A stretch of DNA of 43,641 nucleotides, from contig JBBMKC010229415.1 of NCBI GenBank assembly GCA_037834085.1, positions 1 to 43,641 on the forward strand, in the 5' to 3' direction. Below are positions 13,201-25,526 of the stretch, one piece after another. Below the pieces are notes generated by a model. It worked only from the letters and a program-made list of their open reading frames with translations. It did not search any database and was not told the DNA's origin. The DNA is from Bipalium vagum. Taxonomy: Eukaryota. Within the stretch, counting starts at the first letter, position 1. Each line of letters starts with the position of its first letter. The position numbers and the translations under genes were made by a program.

Positions 13201-16200
13201 AGTGAAGGTAAAGAGATTGTAGAAACAGCTGAATTAGAAGAAATGNNNNNNNNNNNNNNNNNNNNNNNNNNNNNNNNNNNNNNNNNNNNNNNNNNNNNNN
13301 NNNNNNNNNNNNNNNNNNNNNNNNNNNNNNNNNNNNNNNNNNNNNAATGTTATGATTGAAGAAGCAAAAGCAGGTGAATCTATGATTAAGCATATGGAAG
13401 AAATCCCCGTCATTTTGAAAGAAGCTGAAACCATATTAGAAAAACCTATTGAGATCGAACAAAAGAAAGACTTATTAACTGTTTCTGATGATGTCATTGA
13501 GAAAGCAGAATCAATGGACGAATCATTTGAATTAGAACTATCTGAAGAGGAAAAAGAAGATGTTGAAGGCGATTTTGAAATTAATAAAGCTAAAGAAATT
13601 CAACAGGTCAATGAAAGTATTGAGGTCTGTGATGCAGAAGAAACTAAAGAACTCAGTGAAATTATTGATGTCAAGCAAGTTGAAAAAAGTGTAGAAGAGA
13701 ATATATTCGAAAAGAATATTGTTGAATCTTCTAATGATGAAGTTGAAATTTTGGAAAAAGAAACTGTTATTTTAATATCTGAAGACGTGGTCGAAGACAT
13801 TGAAATAGTTAAGCCAAAATCATCGGAAAAAGTAAACATTTTAGAAGCCAGTGAAGGTAAAGAGATTGTAGAAACAGCTGAATTAGAAGAAATGAATGTT
13901 ATGATTGAAGAAGCAAAAGCAGGTGAATCTATGATTAAGCATATGGAAGAAATCCCCGTCATTTTGAAAGATGCTGAAATCATATTAGAATTACATGATG
14001 AAAAAGAGTTCTTATTTTCAGATGATATTATTGAAATAGAAGATACGATGGGTGAATTGGTAGTTTGTAATGAAAGTTTTGTAAGCAGTTTCGTTGAAGA
14101 AGCAACATCACTTAAGCATCATGAAATTTCTATTAATCAGCATTTTTGTCCAGAAAAGGTTGAGAAATCAGAAGCGATTAGTGTTCCCGATCAGCTGACA
14201 TTGCAAATAGAAGAGAAGAATGACATTGTTGATTTTGATTTGATATTGGATAATAGTGAGTTTGCTTTACAATCAGTTGAAGCTCACTTTGATGCTGAAG
14301 AATTTGAAGGGGATGAAGATGATGGATTGGGTGATTCTTATACAAATAATCTTAATATCGATAAAAAGCCAATTAAGACAGAAAATGTTCATATTTTAGA
14401 GGCTGATGTTCTCACGGGTAGTTTGGACTCTTTTACGGAAAGTTTAGGATATGATGATTTTGATGACAGTAATTTTGGAGAAGTTACAGAAACAAAAATT
14501 TTAGAACATGATTTCGATACAGCTCAGTTTAGTAAACAACAAAGCCATGTAAATATGATGGATGAAAAATTAATTTTCGAAATTATTTCGGATACAAGTG
14601 ATTCTTATGAAAGTGATTTTGCTGAAATAGTTGAGTTGAAAGTAGATTCAGATATCTTAAAAATGGCAAGGAGTAGTCAAGAAATATTTTTCGTTAAAGA
14701 ATTATGTGATACCACATTAACTATAGGTGATGCTCTTTATCTTGAGTGTGAAATTACTCCGACACCAGATGTCATTGTTGAATGGTTTAAAGTAAGATAT
14801 ATATTTGTTGTTTCAAATGGTTATAAATGAAAATTAGGATCTCTCTCCCGTATTGAGCAATGAGCATATAGCGATTACATATGATCTTGGAAAATGTATC
14901 TTAATGATTGCAGAAGTTGTTGAAGATGATTCTGGAGAGTACTTATGTAAAGCATCTTCTCGAGAAAGAAGCATTTCTACTTCTAGTGTGGTTACCATAA
15001 AAAGTATTGCTTTTAACTGAATTTGATATATTTTAATTTATTTTATTATCAAGATGATAAGTTAGAACAGCGAGACTTTGATATGGATACAATAGACGCA
15101 TCATTTGATATGGATTATCAATCCAAATTACCTACCAAAGACGTATCATCTGATTTTAGCTTATCGCCTGTAATATTGAAAGAATTACCGAAAGAAATGT
15201 CCATTACTGAAAAACAGAACTTGATTCTCGAATGTAAAATTTTGTCTAATCCAAGCAATAAAGTATTCTGGTACTTGGATGGAGAATTAATCGAAGATTC
15301 TGATATCTACAAAACAGAAGTGTGTGAAGATGGAACTTGTAAATTGATTTTGTTAAAAGCATTCTCTGAGGACAGTGGACAATATTGTTGCAAGATAGAA
15401 AATGAATTTGCAGTCAGTGAAACTAGTACTGTTGTAAATGTTTTACCTGAACAAGAGACGGGTGTTCAGAGCACGAAACCTGTAAAGGAAGATTTCAGAA
15501 CTGAATCAGAAAAATTTCCAGAGATCGTTGTAGTTCCACCAGTTGCTGATTCTATAATTCCATCTGAATCATTACCAGAGACACAGGAGCAAACATCTGA
15601 TTTTAATTTGGAGCTTAATGATATTGGTACGAAAAAAATTAAATTATTATTCTCAAAATATTTTAATTAATATATTTTTTACAATACTGTCCATAACCAT
15701 CTAAATTTTATTTGATATTTAAAATTGACATATTGTTTTGTGTAAGTTATTTGAATATTAAAACAATTGTTGAATAATAATTTAGGTTTGTTATTATGTT
15801 TCCAATTGAAATTTTTTAAAGAACTATAATTTACAAATAAAGAACTTTACTTTTTAAATTTATTTATTAAACTTTCTAAATGCTTGATTTTTCTAATTTT
15901 GCTAAATTAAAATTTTTTATTAAATGAGATTGAAATAGTATAAAAATAACTGCTAGTCTAAAAATTTTTATACATTACTGAAATTTGTTCACTTTAATAG
16001 ATATGCTTTGTACATTTAACTTGATATATTACTGCAGATAATACAGAAACTAGTGTTGAGGCTGAGAAAACAATAGATGTGAAAAGTAAGCAATTTGTGG
16101 CTGCTCCAGTAGACGTTTATGCAATTATTAATCCAAAAAATGATGAGAAAAACATAATCATTACCTGGAAAATGCCTTTAGACCAAAATGATGATATCAT

Positions 16201-19200
16201 TGATTATATTTTGCAACTGAAGACAGATAAAGACCTAGAATGGCAGGATGTATCTGAAGATTTCACAATTGATAAAAACATGTTGAGTATAAAAGGCAAT
16301 TCTTTAAAAGAAAATTTGTCTTATGAATTTCGTTTAATTGCTGGAAATAAATTTGGCTCCAGTGAGCCATCAAAACCATCAAATATATTATTGATAGGTT
16401 AGCATTAAATAAGAATTAATAAATTTTTCATATATACTGTTTTGTAGAATCAACTCCAAAGATCATTACACCGCTTCAGCAAGTTATCGTTAAAAATTTA
16501 CCTGAATCAGTGGTTTTCACTTGTGAATTAACAAAACCAGTTAAAAATTACACTTGGCTGAAAAATGGATTAACTTTAGTTCCAACTAAAAACTTTGAAT
16601 TCTTTGAAAAAGACAATAAGTATATGCTAACCATAAAGGATGTTACTAAAAGTGATGTTGGTGAATACATGTTTTCAACGGGAAAACTGAAGTCGGAAGG
16701 TTCATTGAAAATTGAAGGTAACAGCTCTGATTTATCTTTATATTAATAACATATTTTTAAAATTTAGTGGCTCCACGTCTTGTAGAAAACGTTGAATATC
16801 AAAAAAGACTAATTATGAAAGTTAATTCATCGTCAGTAATAGAGATTCCATTTGTTGCATATCCTAAGCCAAAAATAACATGGACATTTAAATCAAAAAT
16901 AAATGACAATCCTACAACACCAAAATTTCGCCCAGATACCGCATTGGCAGGCTTAACATCTTTACCTTTATCAAAAGTAAAACTGGAAGATAAAGGCATT
17001 TATAATGTGAACATCATTAATGAATATGGTTCAATTGATGTATCCGTAGATGTTACCATCTTAGACAAACCAAGTAAACCGACAAATTTAACACTAACGG
17101 ATAATAAAGGTGATAGCATTATTGTGAATTGGAAAGAACCTATAAGCGAAAAAGATAGACCAGCAGATGAAATTATTGAAACCGGTCCAGTTCAGTACTT
17201 TGTTCAAATGAGAGAGCTTCCAAAACGAAGCGATTTTCCAGTGGGATCTACCCAAGAATTAAAATATGAAATAACAAATTTAGTTGTTGATAAAAAATAT
17301 ATATTTAGTGTAGCAGCTAAAAATGTCTTTGGTCAATCAGATTTCGCCGAGACTGAAACAATTGTAACTAAATATCCATTTCGTGTTCCAGATGCTCCAA
17401 CAGAATTAGTAGCCAATGTCATTGATTTGGGAGAGATTATGTTATCTTGGAATCCCTCTATCAATGATGGAGGGTCTGAAATTTTGAGATATATAGCAGA
17501 ATACAAGTTGGAAGCAGCTAATTCAAAGTGGACTCCAATTTCGATTGATATGACTGATGATAATCAATCTGCAAGTTCATGTACTATAAAATCCTTAAAA
17601 CCAACAGTCAACATTCAATTTCGAGTTGCTGCGATAAATAAAGCAGGACAAAGTCCTTTTAGTACACCAACTAGTTTCATTTTACCAATTATACCTGAGA
17701 AGTTAAAACCAGGGGTTCCTGGAATTCCATCTGTAAATCCAATAGACTTAACAAATGCTGATATTTCGTGGACTGCTCCAGAAAAGTCTACTTTTCAAGG
17801 ACCAGTAGAAAGTTATGAATTAGAGATGAAGGAGTCTTCTCAAAATATTTGGAAGCTCTGTTTAAAAACTTCTGATTTGTTCTCTACTGCAGAAAACTTA
17901 CCATCTTCCTCTGATATCATATTTCGCGTACGAGCAGTTAACAAAATTGGTTTGAGTGATTTCTCGAAACCATCAAAGCCTATTATACTAGAAAAAGGTT
18001 AATTTTCGATTATATTATTATTGGTTTATAATTTTATTTTATTTTCAGAAATACCTTTGGCATTTATTGAAGAATTAAAAGATGTTATGAATAGCAATTT
18101 TACTGATTCCATAAAATTTAATGCAAAATTGTCAAGGAAATCTGATGAGATAAAGTGGTACAAAGGTTCTAAAAGAATATTTCCAAATCAAGCTAAATAT
18201 ATTATTGCAAGCGACAGAGACAATCAACTAACACTGGAAGTTTTAAACGTTAACCCTGAAGATATTGACAAATATAAATTGGTTGTTGAAAATCTAGAAT
18301 CAGTAGCTACCTTTGATATTAGAGGTATATAAGATTATTTCACTTTTACTATTTTAATTAACTTTTAGTACCTCCTTCTTTCATATTGCCTAATGATTTC
18401 GCTGAAGCATTTGTTTTACCTGTTGGGTCTACTAAAACGATTAGTGTGCCATTTACCGCCTGGCCTCTACCTCAAATATCTTGGTTGAAAACTGATAATA
18501 ATATAAAACCTGATACTATACGATTCAAAGCTGATATTGTTGATAAATGCATCGATTTGCAGATGAAGACACTCAAAATTGTTGATTCTGGTTTATACAG
18601 TGTCATAATTGAAAATCCATTTGGAAAAGCAATTTTAAGAATTAAGTTAACGATTATAGATGTTCCTGGACCCGTGCAACAATTGAAATCTGAATTGTTG
18701 GATATTGTATCGGATGTCAAAATTGAATGGTTAGAACCTTCAGGTATCGAAGAAATGTATGCTCCTCTGGAACATTACTTAGTGTCGGTAGACGAAGAGT
18801 CGAGAAGCTTTTTGAAAAATTTGAAGCCAATACGAACACAAGATTGTAATATTATTCTATCAGAATTAAAACCTGAAACTAATTATATAGCTTCTGTTGC
18901 AGCTGTAAATTGTGTAGGGAAAGGTGAATTAAAGTCCATCAAATTCCTAACGAGCAGAATATTAAATGCTCCAGATCAACCAACAAACCTAAATGCTAAA
19001 GTATCTAATGACACTGATATATTCTTAACGTGGAAAACCCCTAAGAACGACGGGGGATCTCCAATTATAAATTACATCGTTGAAAAATGCTCATCATCAA
19101 TACCATTGAAATGGAACACTGTAATTTTTGAAAATCTTGCGGACAACCAGTGTGTGATATCTAACCTAGAAAATGGTGAATATTCATTCCGAGTATCAGC

Positions 19201-22200
19201 TGAGAACAAAATTGGAGTTAGTAGTCCTTCGGTTCCAACAATTATAAATTTTGAATTGAAGCTTGATGTTCCAGGGAAACCGGGAAAACCATATCTGGAA
19301 AAATCCATGGAAGGAATAATTCTCAAGTGGGACTCTCCTAAATATCTGGGAAAATCACCTTTCAGTGGTTACATTATAGAAAAGATTTCAGAATCTAACA
19401 AAGTATGGACAAGCATCAATAAGACATATTGTGAAGATCAGTATATACCAGTAACATTAGAAATCGGAAATAATGAATTATATCGCATAATCGCAGTGAA
19501 TACAGTTGGAAAAAGTGTTCCATCCGATATTTCCGATCTACCAAACTTAACGAAGTCTATTTCTTTCATCAGAGAATTGGAAAACATTCATATTAAAAAA
19601 TTACAATCGACTGCGATATTTGAATGTGAATTGAGTGAACCAGAATTATGTCTAACATGGCTTAAGAACGGAGTCCCTGTTTCAATGAGTCCTAAAATTC
19701 GATATAATATCAATCACAAAGTACACCAGCTTTGCATAAGCCATCTATCTGAATCAGATGAAGGAGTTTATTCCGCTTGCATTTCCAATATGTTATCCAA
19801 TGGTTGCTTAATTATTGAATGTTCTCCAGAATGGAATTTACCACCTGATTTCTCCGAACAGATAACCGTGAAATGTGGAAAGAACGTGTTTGTTGAATTA
19901 CCGTTTCTTTCTTGTCCAGCAGCTTCTGTCAATTGGTCTTTTAACGACGGACCCATTCATAGTAACAATATGAAAATCAAGATGGAACCAAATTACACAT
20001 CACTAAAAATTAATCAAGTAACTTCAACTCAAGCAGGAACGTATCTGTGTTTGCTGGAGAACGATTTTGGAAAATGTGAAATGAAAATCAATGTTACAGT
20101 CCTTGATAAACCTAGTCGACCTCAAAATGTGACATCAATAAAGAAGTCAGAAAATGAAATTTTGGTTAAATGGATGACACCATTGACTGATGGTGGGAAA
20201 CCAATTACAGGGTATGTTATAGAAAAACGAGAATCTGACAAACGAACATGGCAATATGTATCACCAGTGAATTCGGAACAGTTAGAATTGTCAATATCAA
20301 ATTTAAATCGCCAAGTACCATATTTCTTCCGAGTTATGGCTCAAAATGAAATCGGAATTAGCGAACCTGCTGAGACTGACAAATCCATTATTTTACCACC
20401 TAAAACAAGTCCTCCTTCAAAAATGAATCCACCGCTTATCCAATCTAAAGATAATGATACGTATCAAGTAAGCTGGATACATCCCTCTAGCACTGGTGGA
20501 TGTCCTCTTAAAGGATTTAAAATAATGAAATGTCATTTATCATCACCTAACAAATGGGTTGCTTTGACAGATGAGTTACTTCCACCAGATTCCACGAATT
20601 ATCTACTTGCTAATGTTTTACAAGAAGAACCATTTGCTTTGATAATAGCAGCCGTAAATGAAGAAGATTTAACTGGCCCTTTTAGTTCTAACAGTAATGT
20701 TATCAAGCCACAAAAACCTTTATCAATTCCATCGGCACCTACTTGTTTGAGAATTGAATCAGTAACAGAAAAGCTAATGACCATAAAGTGGGAAATACCA
20801 AAGTCCGACGGTGGATCGGCAATAACAAATTATGTTTTGCAATGGAACAATTGTGAATGTGACGAATGGATCAATGTTACATCAGATTTGATTTACAACC
20901 CAAAATACAACTGGAAATATCAACCCAGCAAATCTGACAATTACAAATTCCGTGTCTCTGCTGTCAATGGTATTGGAATGAGTGAATATTGCTATTTGGA
21001 AGAACCCTTCTCTGTGGAAAATTATTCAAGTCTGATTTTAAGTATCTCAAGATTCTTAACATCTTTTATATAGAACTCAATAAACCTGAAATAACTAAAC
21101 CATTAGAAGATATTAAAATCAATCCCAATAGTGCTTCGATGTTAACGTGTCAGTTTAAATTAGGAGAACCGGAAGCAACCATTACATGGTAAGTTTTTAG
21201 ATATTAATATTATTTAAAATTTCAATATAACATTTAACATTTTACTACATTAATATGTTCTTTCTTCAAGCATTTTAACTGATTTTATCAGAATATATTT
21301 TCTTTCAAATTAACTCTGAAGTATGAACCAACAGTTGTATCAGTTATATTATCCCTTTAGTTCTTTTAATTTATGTTTGATATTGACTTTTATTATTAAA
21401 TATTTAGTTTTTTCTTCATTTTTATATATAATTAAGTATTAATACATTATATTTAATAATATATAATAATAATAGTTTATTATAATGTAATATAGTTTAT
21501 TATCCAATTAAATTAAAACAATTTGCATTTAAATTTTATCAGTAGATTAATTCTATTTTTAATTAATTATTCCACAATGACATTGTACAAAATATCCCTG
21601 TTGAAGGGTATCAGCAATAAAATTAATTTATATAACATTTACAAAACAGGATGAAAGACAATAGAAACATTCGTGGATCAACCAAATTGAAAATAAATTC
21701 GGATAAACGTCACAGTACACTGTCGATAGAAAAGGGAAAATTAGAGGATGAAGGTCGTTACTCTTGTATATTAGAAAATATTCACGGAAAAGCTGAGACG
21801 ATTTGTTGCGTCAATTTTGAAGGCAAGTTTTACTTTGAGGAACATAATATTTAGGGAAAATATATTTTCTAGAAAAACCGGCTATTAAACTTGACTTGAA
21901 AATGTCGAAAGGTTTGCAAATCAATCAACACAAAAAAGCAGTGTTAACAGCAACAGTAACTGGCCATCCAAAGTGCGAAGTTATTTGGAAATTAAATGGC
22001 AAAAATATTGTTTATTCATCAAACATTCACTTTCAAGAAGTTTCGCCAAATTCATTCAGCTTGACAATTGATTCTGTAAACGTAAATGATTCTGGAGTCT
22101 ACGAAATTTTGGCTGAAAATTCATTGGGAAAATGTTCTGCATCCATTCCGTTAACAGTTTTAACAGTGCCACAACCTCCAGAAGTAGTACAGGCTATGTT

Positions 22201-25200
22201 AGAAATGTCTGACAGTGTTACCGTCAAATGGAAACCTTCTGTTCATGATGGAGGTTCGAAAATCACAAATTATATAGTGGAAAAACGTGAATTAACGAGC
22301 CAAAAACCAAACAATTGGGTCAAATGTGGAACTGTTACAGGAGATGGCAAAAATAAACTAAGTGTTTTCAATTTGACACCAGACGGAACATACAGTTTTC
22401 GAGTTGCAGCAGAAAATGAGATTGGCCAAAGTGAATTTTCTGAGATTGAAAAACCTCTTTCTCTTGAACAAGCTAAAGGTATTATTTATTTACTTTCGGG
22501 CTTTATTTGATTCCATTTTTTTAGATATTCCAACAGTTCCTGAAAACCTAGTGGTCAAGGATATTGGATTTAATAAAATTCAATTAAAGTTCAATCCATC
22601 TTCTGCTACAACTACACCTATCAGTTACCTAATAGAACAAAGAGATGATTTAACGAATATCTGGAAGCCTTCACTGCCATCCCAGACTAAGTCGACTATT
22701 GCAGATATTGGAGATTTAGACAATGATTGCAAATATCAATTTCGTGTGGCATCAAAGAATTCGAACGGTAAAAGTTTGCCTTCTTCTCCTACAGAATGGA
22801 TAACTCTTAAAAAAGGTAAAGATGTTTATAGATTATTTACTGATTGATTGAGTTTAGAAGCTAAAAAGACCGAAGAGAAACCAATAGTTCCCAATTATGT
22901 ACCACAAACACACGATTTGATAGATCAACTTAGAGAATACAAAAATATGATTAGTGAAACTAAGCCCACTGTATCAAGTTCGTATTTTTAGCACAGATTT
23001 TTATAATATTATTTTATAAATGCATAAATATTGGAGTTAAAAATTATTATTAATAATATTAAAATTATTAAATAGGCCCACCAGAAATATCTCTACTTGG
23101 ATCACCGGACTTTAAACTTCGACCTAATTCTAATATGAGAGTTCCTCTTATGATCTTGTCTGACGTTAGGCCAATTTTAGAAGTAGCTAAAATACCAGGA
23201 GCTCCAATCTCATCATCTAAATTGAAAATTGAGCAATATGGAAATAACTATTATGTCAATTTACTCAACGTCAATCTACAGTCGTCTGGAAAATATTTAA
23301 TTTCTGCTTCGAATAAAGCTGGACAAAACAGCGTATCAGTAGGTCTCTGCGTCACAGATGTTCCGAGCGAACCAGAAGGCTTGCTATTGGCAAATCAAAT
23401 ATCTCCTAACTCAGTGAAAGTTCAATGGAACCCACCTCGTGCAGATAATGGTGAACCGATCACTGAATATCTGTTGGAATACAAAGATGAAAAACGAAAT
23501 AGATTTTCAAAGCCAATTAAAGTCAATTCTAAGGAAACATCATGTATTGTTGAAGGTCTAGTTCCTGGTGTTCCATATAGATTTAGAGTTTGCGCTGTAA
23601 ATTCAGTTGGGCCAGGAGATTATCTAAATTCTAATGTTCCAACTATATTAAAAAGTGCTTACGGTAAGATTGAATCATTTTTATTTTACTTAGTCAAATA
23701 ATATAATAAATGTTAATCAGATTGTCCATCCAGTCCAGAAGGACCACTCAGTTACACAGTTCTTGACAATTCTTCACTCAATTTAGTTTGGAAAGAGCCA
23801 AAATCAGATGGAGGAAAACCTATCGAACATTATATTTTAGAAATTAAAGAAGTTGGTGGAAATAATGATTGGGCTCCTCTAGCACGACTTGGAAATAAAA
23901 ATCTTGAATATGATGTTTCCAATTTGAAAGATGGATACGCTTATAAATTTCGTGTCAAAGCTGTTAATGAAGAAGGTCCAAGTCCTTGGCTGGAAACAGA
24001 AAAATCTATTGCATTCAATGTACTCAAGAAAGTGCCTGGATTACCAGAAGGTCCAATTAAAATGCAATTACTACCGGAAAAAAAATTAAAACTATCTTGG
24101 TACTTACCTTTGGAAGATGGAGGATTGTTAATTGACCGATTTAATGTGGAAATGAAGTCCGATGACACTGAATGGAAAAATATAGGCATCTGTAGTCCAA
24201 ATGAACTTTCTTTAATTACTCCTGTTCTTGATTCCAATAAAATATACTCATTCAGAATTAATGCTCAGAACTCAATGGGACCGGGACAGTTCTTGTATTC
24301 TCAGCCATTTAATATCAGTACAAATCCTGGAGTTCTGTCTTCACCTGTGGGTCCTTTAATTGCTGTTTGTGATTCTCTTAACAGTATCCAATTGAAGTGG
24401 AATCCATCAATGAGTGGTAATCCAACAGAATATTATATTGAACATAGTTTGGATGGAACTAACTGGAAATACACAGGTCGCTCTTCGGCTTTAGAGCCAT
24501 GCTGCTATATTGCCAAAAATCTGAAACCTGGTCACGACTACTGGTTTAGAGTAACGGCTGAAAATAGTCAAGGAAGAAGTTCCCCATTAATGACAGATGA
24601 ACCAATAGCTTGTGTCAATCCGTACAGAACACCGAGCAAACCAAATGGACCTATTTGTTTCAGTAACTTGACTGATTCTTCAGTTGTACTATCCTGGAAA
24701 AATCCAGATGACAATGGAGACGCAATAATCTCACACTTTAATTGCTACATGCAATATAAAGATAGTCCAGCATTGCATAAAATCGGAAGAGTTCCTTATG
24801 GAACAAATTCAGTTCATGTTCCAAACTTAATTCAAGGAAAAATTTATAACTTCTATGTCTCGGCTGTAAATCAATATGGAGCTGGAGAATTATTGAAGTC
24901 TGACAATTTCACTTTAGAGGAAGTTAATTTTCCTCCGGATGCACCAGAATGGGTAAAGGTAATAAGTAAAGGAACCTCAACTGCTACAATCCAATGGGTA
25001 ATACCGAATGAATGTAAACATGGTCAAAAACATCTACACCATGTAGACAATTATCTAATTTATCAGAAAGAAGATAAGCCCGATTCCAAATGGATTTTAT
25101 TGTCAACTGTGGATCATTTTCTTGACAAAATAACTATCGGTAACCTCAGTCCAGATAAAAAATATTTCTTTGGAGTAGCCGGGAAAAATATGTTTGGAAT

Positions 25201-25495
25201 AGGTGATATTGTTTCAACAAAGGAATCTATTTCTCCTGAATCAGTAACAAGTGAGTTCATAGGTTTTTTCTCTTATTTCGAATTCTCAATTAATATTGTA
25301 TACTGAATTGACTATAAAATTTAAAAATCAATAATTAATCATTAAAACAAGTACATTAAAATATATAGAAATTTCTAACGAACAGATTTGTGTATAATAA
25401 GACAGAATTTCACCAAATATGATGAGTAAAGATTCATGGCAAACTTTAACTTCAATAAATCGGTCATATTTTATAATAATAATAATTAATAATAT

Positions 25496-25526
<31 letters not shown>

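Noticed and set aside
13240-13360. Frameshift or pseudogenisation between ORFs 9829-13359 and 13352-14830
   Set aside because: Caused by the 100-N placeholder; removing it restores the frame.
9813-13983. Minus-strand Ser/Phe/Ile-rich ORFs (e.g. 12699-13151, 13600-13983)
   Set aside because: Antisense shadows of GAA/ATA-rich coding sequence with no independent motifs. The same applies to 16799-16999, 18472-20784, 23941-24237, 35234-35470 and 36991-38564.
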